This document shows, piece by piece, positions 13,435 through 27,040 of a DNA stretch of 64,000 nucleotides (positions are counted from its first letter, which is position 1; each line of letters starts with the position of its first letter). The DNA is from Octopus vulgaris (taxonomy: Eukaryota). Where the stretch lies: contig OX597827.1 in NCBI GenBank assembly GCA_951406725.2, positions 8,680,001 to 8,744,000 on the forward strand. Direction: 5' to 3'. The notes beneath the pieces are model-generated. The model was not told the origin of the DNA. It saw only the letters and a program-made list of their open reading frames with translations, and made no database searches. A program made the position numbers and the translations under genes.

Positions 13435-14035
13435 AATTCTGTTTCTTTTTCCACCCATGAAACTTAACCTCTAGTACTAGTTAGTCATTGTCAACTTGCA
13501 AATTTTTAAACCTATTGCCCTGAAGAAGGAGGAATTGCTAAATAATGGGTACTATATCCCCTTATTTTTACCAGAAATCTAGAAATGATCATTGGTACCC
13601 TAATTTAACAATTTTTAGCTATCCTGACTTTTAATTTATTTCCTCCTAGTATCTTTTATTTCGATTTCATCACTACTTCTAACCTTCTTCAACATATTTA
13701 TGTATACATGTATGTTTTAATATATCTATGTCTAATTCTAAAATTTTTTAAAATCTGTTATCTTACATATATATTTTTTTAATATATTTACTTGTTTATA
13801 GATTTTTTAAAAAAAATGTCTATGTATCTATATATTTTTAATGTGTCATGTATACAGCCGTTCTTTAAATTCATTTGAAATCGTAGTCATGTTCACAGAT
13901 TAAATTACCTGGCCTTATGTTTCTTCATATCATATATTCTTATCTTTTGTCTCAAGTTCCAATTGAACACTTCTAACTGCAAACCTTAACATTGTCAGAG
14001 AATTTCTGATTAACCATATTCTTTCCCATAACTAT
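13435..14035. mobile_element. Old (TA)n-embedded insert with decayed hammerhead-like motif (13516-13597, +)
   Basis: TGCC CTGAAGA ... GAAA TGATCA TT GGTA (palindrome AATGATCATT, weak stem II). Confidence 0.4.
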
Positions 14036-14039
14036 TATG

Positions 14040-14097
<58 letters not shown>

Positions 14098-14098
14098 G

Positions 14099-14159
<61 letters not shown>

Positions 14160-14167
14160 GTATATAT

Positions 14168-14370
14168 GTAGGTCCCGGGTTGAGTCGGGGTTAACCACAG
14201 TAAATAAGGTACTCAATACATAGCAGAGTAAATTAATTTATTATATAGAAGGAGTCCAATAAAATACCATAAAAAAAATTTTTTTCATCACAGGACTAGA
14301 ACTGTTTCATCGCTGCTCAAAAGAAATCATAACAGTTCTAGTCCTGTAATGCCTGGTCTCCTTCTATAAA

Positions 14371-14372
<2 letters not shown>
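14168..14372. mobile_element. (TA)n-embedded fold-back insert with hammerhead half-site
   Basis: Inverted repeats 14290-14306/14331-14347 and 14244-14254/14358-14368; minus-strand GAAACAGTTCTAGTC; shares gtactcaa(a)tac...agagtaa...tttatt with 48477-48707. Confidence 0.6.
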
Positions 14373-14449
<77 letters not shown>

Positions 14450-14875
14450 TATACATACACACACGTACATATATACAGTCACAGTTGACCTGGGGTTAAA
14501 CAAATAACAATATTTGACCCATAAATGCTCTGTATTCTTTGCTATCATAAGAGATTCTGATCATTAGAACTGGCCAATTGTCTAGGGCATCTATTCAATA
14601 CTCTATTCACTCTGCTGCTCCTCTCATCACTACTACAATATCTCTAATTCTCATAACCCTGCATTAACCTCTATGCTAAATCCTCCTGTCCTAAAATGGT
14701 AAAAGCAATAACCTTTCGGAGCATCATTCCAGTTCTTACGTTTTTTCCCACCATGTTTTTCTAATATGCTGGAATTAAAAATGAACTTAAATTGCATCCG
14801 TTTCAACAGTTTCGGAGGGCCAGTGAATACTTAGGCACAGATTACCACTTCCTTCTGAATAAAGTGTAGCATATA

Positions 14876-15094
14876 TATTTCTTTACTGCCCACAAGAGGC
14901 TAAACATAGAGGGGACAAACAAGGACAAAGGAATTACAATGACCCCAGTTGCAAAACTGGTACTTTATTTATCGACCCCGAAAGGATGAAAGGCAAAGTA
15001 GACCTCGGCGGAATTTGAACTCAGAACATAACGACAGACGAAATGCCACTAAACATTTCGCCCGGTGCGCTAACGTTTCTGCCAGCTTGCTGCC
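14876..15094 (-). mobile_element. tRNA-derived SINE family 2 copy
   Basis: Reverse complement of ggcggcgagctggcagaa...gagttcaaattcc...gcctttcatcctttcggggtcgataa...gtaaagaaata. Confidence 0.88.
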
Positions 15095-15210
15095 TACATG
15101 CATACATACATGCATACATACGCATACACACATGCATGCATGCATACATACATACATACATACATACGCATACACACATGCATACATACATACATACATA
15201 CATACATACA

Positions 15211-15241
<31 letters not shown>

Positions 15242-15416
15242 CAGCTGTCAAATCAGAAGTTAATATAAACTAAAGATCAGCAAAAGACAAAATATCTACA
15301 CTGAACTATTGAGGAATCTACAACTGCTCTATCCAGATTACAAGCCCAGGTTTATACCTGTAATTATTGGGTCACTGGGATATGTAACACACTGCCTTTA
15401 AATATATCTATGTCGA

Positions 15417-15890
15417 TCATCATCATCATCATCATCCTCATCATCGTATAACGTCCGCTTTCCATGCTAGTATGGGTTGGGCAATTTGACTGAGGTCTGG
15501 CAAACCAGATGGCTGCACCAGGCTCCAATCTTGATCTGGTAGAGTTTCTACAGCTGGATGCCCTTCCTAATGCCAACCACTCCGAGAGTGTAGTGGGTGG
15601 TTTTATGTGCCACCGGCATGAGGGCCAGTCAGGCGGTACTGGCAACGGCCACACTCAAGTGGTGTTTTTTACATGCCACCTGCACCAGATCCAGTCCAGC
15701 GGCACAGGCAACGACCTTGCTCGAATACTTTTTACATTCCACCAGCACAAGTGACAGTAAGGTGACGCTGGTAATGATCACATTTGAATGGTGCTTTTTA
15801 CATGCCACCAACATAGAAGCCAATCAGCTGCTCTGGTAGCGATTATGGTCGGATGGTGCTCTTAGCGCTCCTCTGGCACAGGTGCCAGTC
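15417..15890 (-). mobile_element. RTE-type 3' UTR with internal ~60-bp tandem units
   Basis: (CAT)n tail on + strand, ggatgcccttcctaatgccaacc motif, repeated ggtgc/tttttac(a/g)tgccacc units. Confidence 0.8.
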
Positions 15891-16223
15891 ATTAAATTTG
15901 CGAATTGGACTTGATTAAGAGAAAAAAACGAACACATTTGGGGGAAAAAAATCTGTGTGAAAGCCCTTCATACACACATCTTTGTCGTCATCATCATCAT
16001 CATCATCATTTAATGTTTGTATTCCATGCTGACATGGGTTTGATGGTTTGATGGGAGCTGGCAAGCTCAAGGGCCATGCTTGGCTCCTTTGACTGTTTTG
16101 ATATGGTTTCTATGGCTTGATGACCTTCCTGTGCCAACCACTTTGCAAAGTGTAGTGGATGCTTTTTACAAGGCACCATCACCTGTGCTTTTTATGTGGC
16201 ACACACACACACACACACACACA

Positions 16224-16255
<32 letters not shown>

Positions 16256-16259
<4 letters not shown>

Positions 16260-16425
16260 ATCCAAACAAGAAAGCACAAAAAAACACAGCAGCGTGAGGA
16301 CGTGGAACAAATATAGTATTATTGGACGCTCAGGAAAGAAGGAAAGAAGGAGGGTTTAATGTTTCGAGCGGAGCTCTTCATCAGAAATATAGGAGAAGGA
16401 AAGATCCAGAAAAGGGAAGACAATC
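16256..16425 (-). mobile_element. (TA)n-anchored element family C with minimal hammerhead motif (16354-16388)
   Basis: Minus strand ATTT CTGATGA A GAGC TCC GCTC GAAAC ATT AAAC; near-identical copy at 30241-30440. Confidence 0.75.
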
Positions 16426-16585
16426 AACATCAGACTTAATTTATTAAATAGAGTATAATAATTTCATCAAATGAACTAAATGAAATGGACTCGATGTTAA
16501 AATGGATTAAGTTTATATTTCATATTCTCAGACAATTGCTTCAGACAAAAGGACCAAGATTTCCATAAAAAGAACATCATAAAGG

Positions 16586-16625
<40 letters not shown>

Positions 16626-16627
<2 letters not shown>

Positions 16628-16849
16628 TCTTACTCTTTACTCTTTTACTTGTTTCAGTTATTTGACTGTGGCCAAGCTGGAGCACCGCCTTTAGTTGAGC
16701 AAATCGACTTATTCTTTGTAAGCCTAGTACTTATTTTGTCGGTCTCTTTCACCGAACCGCTAAATTACAGGGACGTAAACACACCAGCATCGGTTGTCAA
16801 GCAATGTTTGTGGGGAGACAAACACAGACACACAAACATATTCACACAC

Positions 16850-16885
<36 letters not shown>

Positions 16886-17033
16886 GTATGTGGAAGTAGC
16901 TTGTTTCCCAACCACATGGTTCTGGGTTCAGTCCCACTGTGTGGCACCTTGGGCAAGTGATTTCTACTATAGCCTCGGGCCGACCAAAGACTTGTGAGTG
17001 GATTTGGTGGATAGAAACTGAAAGAAGCCCGTC

Positions 17034-17087
<54 letters not shown>

Positions 17088-17311
17088 GTATATGTTTGTG
17101 TGTGTATATGTTTGTGCCCCCAACATCGCTTGACAACCGATGCTGGTGTGTTTACGTCCCCGTTACTGAGCAGTTCGGCAAAGAGACCAATAGAATAAGT
17201 ACTAGGCTTACAAAGAATAAGTCCTGGGGTCGATTTGTTCGACTAAAGGTGGTGCTCCAGCATGGCCACAGTCAAATGACTGAAACAGGTAAAAGCGTAA
17301 AAGAGTAAGAG

Positions 17312-17312
<1 letters not shown>
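16626..17312. mobile_element. Two SINE1 copies in inverted orientation (16626-16850 minus, 3' half; 16893-17312 plus)
   Basis: Both match SINE1; the 3' halves are mutually complementary. Confidence 0.85.
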
Positions 17313-17344
<32 letters not shown>

Positions 17345-18274
17345 GCAAATGTGTGTGTGTATATACATATATATGCATATATATAAGTAATGTGCGTATA
17401 TATATATATATATATATATGTTTGTGTGTGTGTATGCAATAAATAAATAAAGAATGGCATGTTTTTATTTAATGAAACATATTCCTAACTCAGTAAAACT
17501 GCAAAACGTCAAGGCAGAAGCTTCGCCATATGGGATCAGTCATCAATGTTTCCACACAGACCACACACAGGTGCACGTACACCTGCACACAAAGGCACGC
17601 GCGCACACACAGACACGCACGTGCAAATTATATCTGTAGAGATATCTCTTAGTATCTTCATGCGCGTGTGTGTGTGCATTTCTGTCGGCGTAATTGTATA
17701 GTAGGATAGAAGTGTGTAAGGGAGATAACTGTTGCAATGTTAATGAGCAAGTTGTTTCTAGTGAATGAACGCAAAGTAGAGAGATTTCTACTCTACTCTA
17801 CTCTGGGTAGAGATTTTCTACTCTAGGCACAAGGCCTGAAATTTTTTTTTTGGAGGGGGGAGTGGAGCCAGTCGATTAGATCGACTCTAGTATGCAGCTG
17901 GTACCTAATTTATCGACCTCGAAAGGATGATAGGCAAAGTCCACCTCGGCGGAAACGCAAGGTAGATAGATATTTTAAGGGAACTATTATAAGTATATAT
18001 ATTTTTACTTGTTCTAGTCGTTGAATTACAACCATTCTGGAACGACGCAATGAAGAGTTTTGGGCGAAAAGATCGGCCTCAGTGCTTACGTACTTATTAT
18101 TTGTTTTTGTTTTTTTTTTAAGTGTGGTAGTTATTCTGTTTTTGCTAAACTATATATACATATACATATATATAAAGAGAGAGAGAGAGAGAGAGAGATA
18201 AATAGATGGAGATATATATATATATAGATAGATATATATATATATGTATATATGTTTGAGTGTGTGTGTGTGAG

Positions 18275-18530
18275 TGGAGGCACGTGGCTTAGTGGTTAGG
18301 GTGTTGAACTCACGATCATAAAGTTGTGGTTTCGATTCCTGGACCGGGCAACGCATTGTGTTCTTGAGCAAAACACTTCATTTCATGTTGCTCCAGTCCA
18401 CTCAAATGGCAAAAATGAGTAACGCTGTGATGGACTGGCATCACATCCACCTGGGGAACACATACACCATGGAAACCGGGAAACTGGGCCCATGAGCCTG
18501 GCTAGGCTTTAAAAGGGCACATTTATTTTT
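18275..18530 (+). mobile_element. tRNA-derived SINE family 4 copy
   Basis: A-box TGGCTTAGTGG, B-box GGTTTCGATTCC, tail gagcctggctaggctttaaaagggc; relative at 26788-27040. Confidence 0.8.
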
Positions 18531-18553
18531 TATTATATATATATATATATATA

Positions 18554-18960
18554 GGTGCAGGAGTGGCTGTGTGGTAAGTTGCTTGCCTACCAACCACATG
18601 GTTCTGGGATCTTGGGCTAGTGTCTTCTGCTATAGCCCCGGGCCAACCAATGCCTTGTGAGTGGATTTGGTGGACGGAAACTGAAAGAAGCCCATCGTAT
18701 CTATGTATATATATATGTATATGTATGTGTGTGTATATGTTTGTGTGTCTGTGTTTGTCCCCCTAGCATTGCTTGACAACCGATGCTGGTGTGTTTACAT
18801 CCCTGTCAGTTCAGCAAAAGCGACCGATAGAATAAGTAAGTACTGGGCTTACAAAAGAATAAGTCCCGGGGTCGATTTGCTCGACTAAAGGCGGTGCTCC
18901 AGCATGGCCGCAGTCAAATGACTGAAACAAGTAAAAGAGTAAAAGAGAGAGTAAAGAGTA
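18554..18960 (+). mobile_element. SINE family 1 copy
   Basis: Head to GTAAAAGA tail matches SINE1. Confidence 0.9.
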
Positions 18961-19227
18961 TATATATATATATATATATATGTACATATATGCATGCACA
19001 TACATACAAACATGTATGCATAATCATATAAATATACATACAGGCACAGGTGTGGTTACAGGCATAGGTGTTGCAGTATGGTAAGAAGCGTCTTTCCCAA
19101 CCACATGACTCTGGGTTCAGTCCCACTGCATGGCATTGTGAGTAAGTGTCCTCTACTATCGCATCAGGCTGACCAAATGTTTGACTGAATCTTGTGGATG
19201 GAAACTGAAAGAAGCCTGTTATATATA

Positions 19228-19459
19228 CCTATTTCTTTATTACCCACAGGGGGTTAAACATAGAGGGGACAAACAAGGACAGATATAGGTATTAAGTCGA
19301 TTACATCGACCCCAGTGCGTAACTGGTACTTAATTTATCGACCCCGAAAGGATGAAAGGCAAAGTCAACCTTGGCGGAATTTGAACTCAGAACGTAACGA
19401 TAGACGAAATACCGCTATGCATTTCATCCGGCATGCTAACGTTTCTGCCAGCTTGCCAC
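19228..19459 (-). mobile_element. SINE family 2 copy
   Basis: Full-length match to SINE2 on the minus strand. Confidence 0.88.
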
Positions 19460-19549
19460 CTTCATATCTACCTCTGTGTGTGTGTGTCTTTGCATCCGCA
19501 TTTGTATGTACACACATTCACTCACGCACACATATATGTGTATGTATGC

Positions 19550-19778
19550 AGCGTGGTCAATGCCAGTACCGTCTGACTGCCCCCCACCCATGCCGGTGGC
19601 ACATAAAAAACACCCACTACACTCTTGGAGTGGTTGGCATTAGGAAAGGCATCCAGCTGTAGAAACATTGCCAGATCAGATTGCAGCCTGGTGCAGCCTC
19701 CTGGCTTGCCGGTTCTCAGTCAAACCATCCAACGCATGCAAACCTGGAAAGCAGACAGTAAACGACGATGATGATGAT
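19550..19778 (+). mobile_element. RTE-type 3' UTR with (GAT)n tail
   Basis: Matches 12640-12857. Confidence 0.8.
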
Positions 19779-19791
19779 GTACGTATGTATG

Positions 19792-19825
<34 letters not shown>

Positions 19826-19859
19826 TGTATGTATGTATGTATGTATATATGTATGTATG

Positions 19860-19893
<34 letters not shown>

Positions 19894-19925
19894 TGTATGT
19901 ATGTATGTATGTAGGTATGCATGTA

Positions 19926-19959
<34 letters not shown>

Positions 19960-20476
19960 CACTTAAACAGAAAAATGCATGCTTGTAATTGCATGTACAT
20001 ACATACATAAGATAGATAGGTAGATGGATAGATAGAAACACAGACATATATATGTACATGCAAACATTCATACATGCATAGAGACAGACATAATGAAATG
20101 AATAATTAAACCCCATATAACTCACATTCACACACGTACATATACACACACAAATACACATGCACATTAAGACATTTATAGTGAAGTTATCTATGTAATA
20201 CTTGAGAACATTTTTTTCTATTTTTGAAAAAGTGAACAGAAGGGAGGTAATTGTGTTTCCTTAATTGAAAATACTTTCCAATACATTATTGATGTTTACA
20301 ATATGGATACACACTTCTCAGAAACATGCTAATAACTTCTAACAATTAGTATAGGTCAGATATTTAAGTGGAACAGTATGACTGATTTCATTTCTCCTTT
20401 ATATAGGAATTTTATGCGATCAAAAGGATGAAATGTAAAGTTGACTCTTGTAGGGGATTTGAACTCAGAACATATC

Positions 20477-20822
20477 CATCATCATCATCGTTTAAAGTCC
20501 GTTCTCCATGCTAGCATGGGTTGGACGGTTCGACCGGGGATCTGGGAAGCCAGAAGGCTGCACCAGGCTCCAGTCTGATCTGGCAATGTTTCTACAACTG
20601 GATGCCCTTCCTAATGCCAACCACTCCGTGAGTGTAGTGGGTGCTTTTTACGTGCCACCTTCACAGGTGCCAGGCAAGGCTGGCAACGACCACGGTCGGA
20701 TTGGTGCATTTTACGTGCCACTGGCACGGAAGCCAGTCGAGGCGGTACTGGCATCGGCCACGATTCGGATGGTGCTTTTTACGTGCCACCGGCATGGAAG
20801 CCAGTCAAGGCGGCGCTGGCAG
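20477..20822 (-). mobile_element. RTE-type 3' UTR with three internal tandem units
   Basis: Young copy; ggtgc(t/a)ttttacgtgccac repeated three times at ~63-68 bp spacing. Confidence 0.85.
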
Positions 20823-21169
20823 TCGAGGTGGCACTGACAGTCGAGGTATACCACAAAACCAAGGAATTTCTATCTGTCAGTCTGTCGATTCAGTTAATAC
20901 AACATTATTCATATTATAGCATGCTGTTTAATTTATTATTTTTTTTTAGTAGAAAACTGGTTCTGTGACAGAATCAACCATTTCGAAGTTCATACTTCAA
21001 CTCTTCTCAGGTGTGCAATATTTTCAAAACTGAATAAGGTGTGGTTTAATCGGTTTATTTACAAATACATTAATAAATAGGAAAACAAACAATACAAATA
21101 AAAAAATAACATTTCAAAAGAGCCAAACCATAAAATTCATTTACACTTATTTTGTTGTATCCTGTAGAA

Positions 21170-21726
21170 CAGTGGTTCTCGACTGGGGTCCAGATGATCC
21201 CTGGGGGCCAATGTAAGAGTTTTGGGGCTACACACAAGCAAACTAATAATAATAATAATAATAATGAAATTATTGTATACAGTGCTCAGGTGCACCACAA
21301 CTTGTCAGAAAGTGCATATAAAGTACATGCAGTAATGTAATGTATGAGTCAGATACATGCTTGCGTGTGTATGGAGGGGAGAAAATCAGGTGTAGTGTTG
21401 GCGAATCTCAGAAAGCATGGAAGTTTTGAAGGATGCAGTGCTCCGACAACTAACAACTGATGCCGGCAGTTTGTTCCATGCTTCGGGTTCCACAGTAGTT
21501 CATTAAGGGTCCATGAAAGAATTTTGTTTCAAATGTATTTATTGTAAGAAACAGCTAGGTTACTTCCTCTCAGGTTTTACATAGTCCAACCTACACAAGG
21601 GAAAGCGTGATAAACAAGATAAGAATTTTGATAGCTGCATCTATAAAACTACTTTCTATGAGGATCCACCCGAATAGAATAGAAGTCAAAGGAGTCCCTA
21701 GATAAAACAATGGTTCAGAATCCCTG
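21170..21726. mobile_element. hAT-like MITE with nested CR1 fragment
   Basis: Ends CAGTGGTTCTC / ttcagaatcCCTG; 8-bp TSD ctgtagaa/ctatagaa; related to 46976-47239. Confidence 0.7.
21245..21485 (-). mobile_element. CR1/L2-group LINE 3' end with (ATT)n tail
   Basis: Minus translation EAWNKLPASVVSCRSTASFKTSMLSEIRQHYT* carries the WNxLP..VV...SFK C-terminal motif. Confidence 0.75.
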
Positions 21727-21782
21727 CTATAGAATCATGAGATACTAGAAAATAAAGGGTGTCGTGTGAGTTAATGAGAAAA

Positions 21783-22151
21783 TCTCTATAAATATAAAGC
21801 TGAAGTTGTCTGTGTGTGGCAGGTTTGGTAGCCTTCAACTAACGCTATCTCCTCCGGGACCCTTTGGTGCAAGTTGACCAAAATTGAGAGTATGATAGAA
21901 GAAGGCTTGCTCTTCATTCTGTAGAAGATAAAATTCAAATCGGACCATGTTAACACCAAAAATTATTTACATAAAAAAGGTGCTTTTTTTCTATGAAAAT
22001 CCCTATTTTTTACGATTTTTTAACTGCTGTGTCGCCATTTTTCGGTGTATTTCAACCAGAAAAACTTTTCATTTAAAGAGAATGACAAGCTACATAATGG
22101 AAAATTTTAACTTTTCAAAAATTCCAATTCTAAAGGGTTGAAACAAACTAG
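21783..22151 (+). mobile_element. Non-autonomous Helitron-like element
   Basis: A|TCTCTATAAATATAAAG start, short tgtctgtgtgtg tract, CTAG|T end; 3' hairpin not evident. Confidence 0.55.
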
Positions 22152-22726
22152 TTTTATATTAAAGTTATTCTTAAAAGCCATATAAAAAATTCAAAAGTCG
22201 ACTCAAATATAACCTCAACGAAAGGCAAATTTATAAATTCTTTGAAATAGGGAATTAGTTGATTTAAAGACTAAGGTAAATAGCAAATAATATTACCGGG
22301 TTAATTTCATATTGTGAAAAATCTATATACATTTTATACATTTTTATTTTGCAATAAAATCTTAAATAGAAAAAAAATATATATTCTACACAACTTAAAC
22401 CTAGCCTGAATTTAAATCTTATCTTTCAATGACTTATTACATTTTATTCAGGCTTGATCAACCTCATTTATCTATTCTGTTTATTTTCTGAAAGCATGCA
22501 AACCAATCATTAAGCGGAATCAAATTTTGAATCAGTTTCTGACTAAAGATTAACACGAATAATAAAAATTAAAAAAAAGTGTAAGCAAAATTATATTATT
22601 ATATATTTATTCAGAATATCACAAACAAAGTTATGATATATATATATTTGTGTGTGTGTGTGTGTGTGCGTTTGTATGTATGCATATAAATACATATATA
22701 TGTAGGTATATATATATATATGTAGG

Positions 22727-22769
<43 letters not shown>

Positions 22770-22909
22770 GTATATATATCATATATATTATATAGATATG
22801 TGTGTATGTATATATAAATATATATATATACATAAATATATATAAGTATAGTATATGTAGTATATATATGCAAACATATATTTATATACGTATGAATTAG
22901 TGTGTGTGT

Positions 22910-22971
<62 letters not shown>

Positions 22972-23479
22972 ATATTTATATGTGTATGTATGCATGCATG
23001 TATACATTAATAGCCGTGTGGTGAAAAAGTTTGCTTCTCAATAACATATTTTGGGGTTCAGTTATGTTCAGTTCCATTGCATTTCACCTTCAGAAATTGT
23101 CTTGCTCTACAACCCTAGGCCAGCGAAATCTTTGTATGAGGATCTGTTAAACAGAAACTAAAAAGAAACCAGTTGTGTATGTGTGTAACTGCATATATTC
23201 GTATCGCTTTGCCTTGATGTCATGTAAGTTGTGTCCATTTCCTATCTTTTGAGTAAACATGTCTTGCCCAGGAGAAATATTACATTGCTTCAAAACAAAT
23301 GAAGATTGGTGACATGAAGAGTAGCCATTAATTTTTTTTTTAAATCTGTCTCAATAAATTCTGTCTGAGACTTTCCAAATATGGAAATGTGAATGTAAAA
23401 AACACCCATGATTTTTATTTATGCATGTGTGTGTGTGTGTGTATGTGTGTGTGTATGTGTGTGTGTTTGTATGTGTGTG

Positions 23480-23510
<31 letters not shown>

Positions 23511-23612
23511 GTACATGCATACATATATATGTATGTATATGTAAATACATATGTATATATATGCATATATATATATATATATATACATATATATACATAT
23601 ATATACATTATA

Positions 23613-23655
<43 letters not shown>

Positions 23656-23684
23656 TATATATACACATATACATACATACATAC

Positions 23685-23746
<62 letters not shown>

Positions 23747-24718
23747 GCACACACACACATATATATATACACACACCTACATATATGTACATATGTATAT
23801 ATATGTATATATAAGTGTGTGTACATGTGTGTGTGAGTGTGTGTGTGTATGTACACAGCATTTGTACATTTGGATATGCGTATGTGCACATGTATATGCA
23901 AAGATATACATTTTCTAAACATGTTCTGACTATGATAAATCCAACTTTTAAAAGCATTCCAACAATGATTATCCTGTCTTTTTTTTTTTTTGAAAGCCTT
24001 CCAAACATGACCATCCTGTCTGTTTCTTTTATTTTTGTTTTTAAGCATGCCAAACCATACCCATCCAGTCATTTTCAAATCATTCCAAGTGTGGCCATAA
24101 CATGTTCCAAATGTAACCATCAGCCGGTGGTGCCCCAGCATGGCCGTGGCCTTCGGGCTAAAACATTTTTAAGGATTTAAGGATCTCATGTTTTTTTAAA
24201 GCCCTCATCTCACACCCTACCTGTCTTTTTTGTTATTATTTTTTAAAGACACATTGGATAATGTAGTCCAGGATATGCTGCCTGAAAAAAAAAAAAAATG
24301 GGATGGTCAAAGATGGAATGCCTTTAATCAGAGCTAACCTGGTGCTAAAACAACATTAACAACTAGTGACTGAAAGGTTATGTGTGTATGTTTTAAAATG
24401 TATAATTATGATGATGAAACATATTGGATTATTCATGTGGGTTTATAATTTAACAGCAGTTGTCATGATTGTTAACAGCAAAGTATAAAATGTTTTATCC
24501 TGAAGACAGTGCTATGACCATACTGGAGCACTTGTTTAATGGATTTTTAGTCAATCAAATGGACCCCAGTGCTTAAGCAAGCATGTACATAAGCCAAAAT
24601 CTAGTACTTATTTTAGCAGTCTCCTTTTTCCAAACCACTAAGTTACAGGTAAGTAAAGAAACCAACATCACTTGTCACGTTTCTCCTAAATAATGTGGTA
24701 ATGTGCTATTTAAATACC

Positions 24719-24949
24719 TATTTCTTTACTACCCACAAGGGGCTAAACACAGAGGGGACAAACAAGGACAGACACACGGATTAAATCGACTACACTGACC
24801 CCAGTGCGTAACTGGTACTTAATTTATCGACCCCGAAAGGATGAAAGGCAAAGTCGACCTCGGCGGAATTTGAACTCAGAATGTAGTGGCAGACAAAATA
24901 CTGCTAAGCATTTTGTCCAGCGTGCTAACAATTCTGCCAGCTCACCGCC
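24719..24949 (-). mobile_element. SINE family 2 copy with TSD
   Basis: Direct repeat tatttaaatacc at 24707-24718 and 24950-24961. Confidence 0.92.
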
Positions 24950-26460
24950 TATTTAAATACCATTACAGAGAACATTAGGCAACCTTTCCATTTGCAATAT
25001 GTTGGGAGTTGAGAAATTAATTCTATAAATTAACATCTATATGATTAACTATGCATTCATATTGTATGCCTGCATTCAGTCAATATGGGCGTTGGTGCCT
25101 TTCAGCTGTCATAGGTAACTGGATAAAGATGTATTTTTCTAGCAGGATCCCTCAAGATTTCAAGAATTTATAGCATTCAGGAATCAATTAAATTCACAAT
25201 GGAATTGTATGACAGGAACACACCATTTTTAGACATTTTGAAAATTAAGGAAAATGATTATTGTAACTGATCTCCTCTATAAAGTAATACATATAGATAA
25301 GCACTCAAAAATTTAGATTTTGCCATGAATCCTCTATTAAGAGAAAAAGCCATTTCTAGAACAATCATTAAACTATAAAAGAACCATGAATAATTAACAA
25401 TGAAAGATACCATCAAATCCTAAAAGGCTCTTAACAAAGGTCAGACTTACATTGTGAAAAGAAATTATACCAGTAATGAAATGTGTAAACTTTCATTTGT
25501 GATTGTGAAAACTCTAGAACTGAGAAATATTGTAAATATGTAAATATGAATTTCAAAATAAAAAAAAAAACTAATTGACTGCATTATATGTCCACAATAC
25601 CAGGAAAACTAAAATGGTCAAGCAGAAACAACAAAATTAATGGAATGAGTCAGGATGCATAAATAATAAAACAGTGTTCCTTCCATCTGTTAGGAATGTT
25701 CCAGATGAACATATAAACATTTATGTAAACAGAAAATTTGAAATATTTCCCTTTTTCAAACAGAGGGAGAAAATGAAAACTTATAAAAACACAAAATAAG
25801 AATACTTCATAAAAATCCTTAATCTGAAATTAAACGAGAAATTCTGACAACCACAACCAAAACACAATATAACAGTATGGCACAGAAAACTTTTGTTTAT
25901 ACCAGATATCTGAAGAACTGATGACAGCTGAAAGCACTTAGAAGAAATTTTTTCATATCTCCCATCAGGTTTGTGTTAATCTGTTCCATTGAAAAACCGT
26001 TTTTTAAGATAATTTTTAATTCCTAGAGAACATTTTTTTTCAAATACTGTGACAGTAACAAGAACTTTCTCTTAAAGAATTAAATACACACAAAATACAC
26101 ACATACATAAATATATACATATGAGTCTGCATACACACACACATACACACACACATATATATACACATATATGTGTTTGTGTGTTTCAAAGAATGAGTAG
26201 ATATGTTTTATTTGTTTTTTTTGTTTTTTTTTTTGAGGGGATAATTTTAATTTTAATCTTAATAATGTTTACAGTGAGTTACTCTGATATGAGTTTTGAG
26301 CTTCAAGTAGGCGTTTACAAACTGAAAAATGTATGTTTTACTGGTTGCTTAAAAAGCAAAAGAGTTTTTCATACAAGTATACATACAAAAGAATATACAC
26401 AGAAAAGGGAAAAGAATATAAAAGAATATATACATGCATACATATATATATATATATACA

Positions 26461-26683
26461 CAGTAATCCCTTGCCATATCACAGCTCACCTATCGTGCTC
26501 TCATTGCGTTGTGGTTCACTTATTGTGCACTCAGTACATCACAAATTTTTCCTGGCTAATATATGTAAATCTATATCGTGGACTCATCAGTATATTGAGG
26601 GTTTCTGCATCCGATAGGAATTTATATCTTTTTAATTATGTGGGAGGTTTTGGAATGTAACACCCAAATTTGAGGGACCACTG
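26461..26683. mobile_element. Tigger/pogo-like MITE
   Basis: TA|CAGTAATCCCT ... AGGGACCACTG|TA termini, flanked by TA. Confidence 0.75.
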
Positions 26684-26714
<31 letters not shown>

Positions 26715-26787
26715 GTATGAGTGTGTATATGTGTGTATATAAGTAAACATAAGTGTGTGTGTGTATATATGTGTGTGTGTGTGTGTA

Positions 26788-27040
26788 GAGGCACAATGGC
26801 CCAGTGGTTAAGGCAGCAGACTCGTGGTCGGAGGATCGCGGTTTCGATTCCCGGACTGGGCGTTGTGTGTGTTTATTGAGCGAAAACACTTACAGCTCCA
26901 CAAGGCTCTGGCAGTGGGTGGTGGCGACCCCTGTTGTACTCTTTCACCCCAACTTTCTCTCACTCTTTCTTCCAGTTTCCTGAGTAACGCTGTGATGGAC
27001 TGGGACCATAAGCCTGGTTAGGCTTGAAAAGGGTGCATAA
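26788..27040 (+). mobile_element. SINE family 4-related copy
   Basis: A-box TGGCCCAGTGG, B-box GGTTTCGATTCC, shared tail with 18275-18530. Confidence 0.78.

Noticed and set aside
13850-14030. Possible Penelope GIY-YIG C-terminal remnant on the minus strand (YGKEYG*SEIL*QC...QKIRIY...GCIH)
   Set aside because: Too degenerate to call by eye; needs a profile search (tBLASTn/HMMER with PLE endonucleases).
18275-18350. tRNA-like sequence with A and B boxes
   Set aside because: It continues into a SINE body and has no convincing complete cloverleaf; it is a SINE head, not a tRNA gene.
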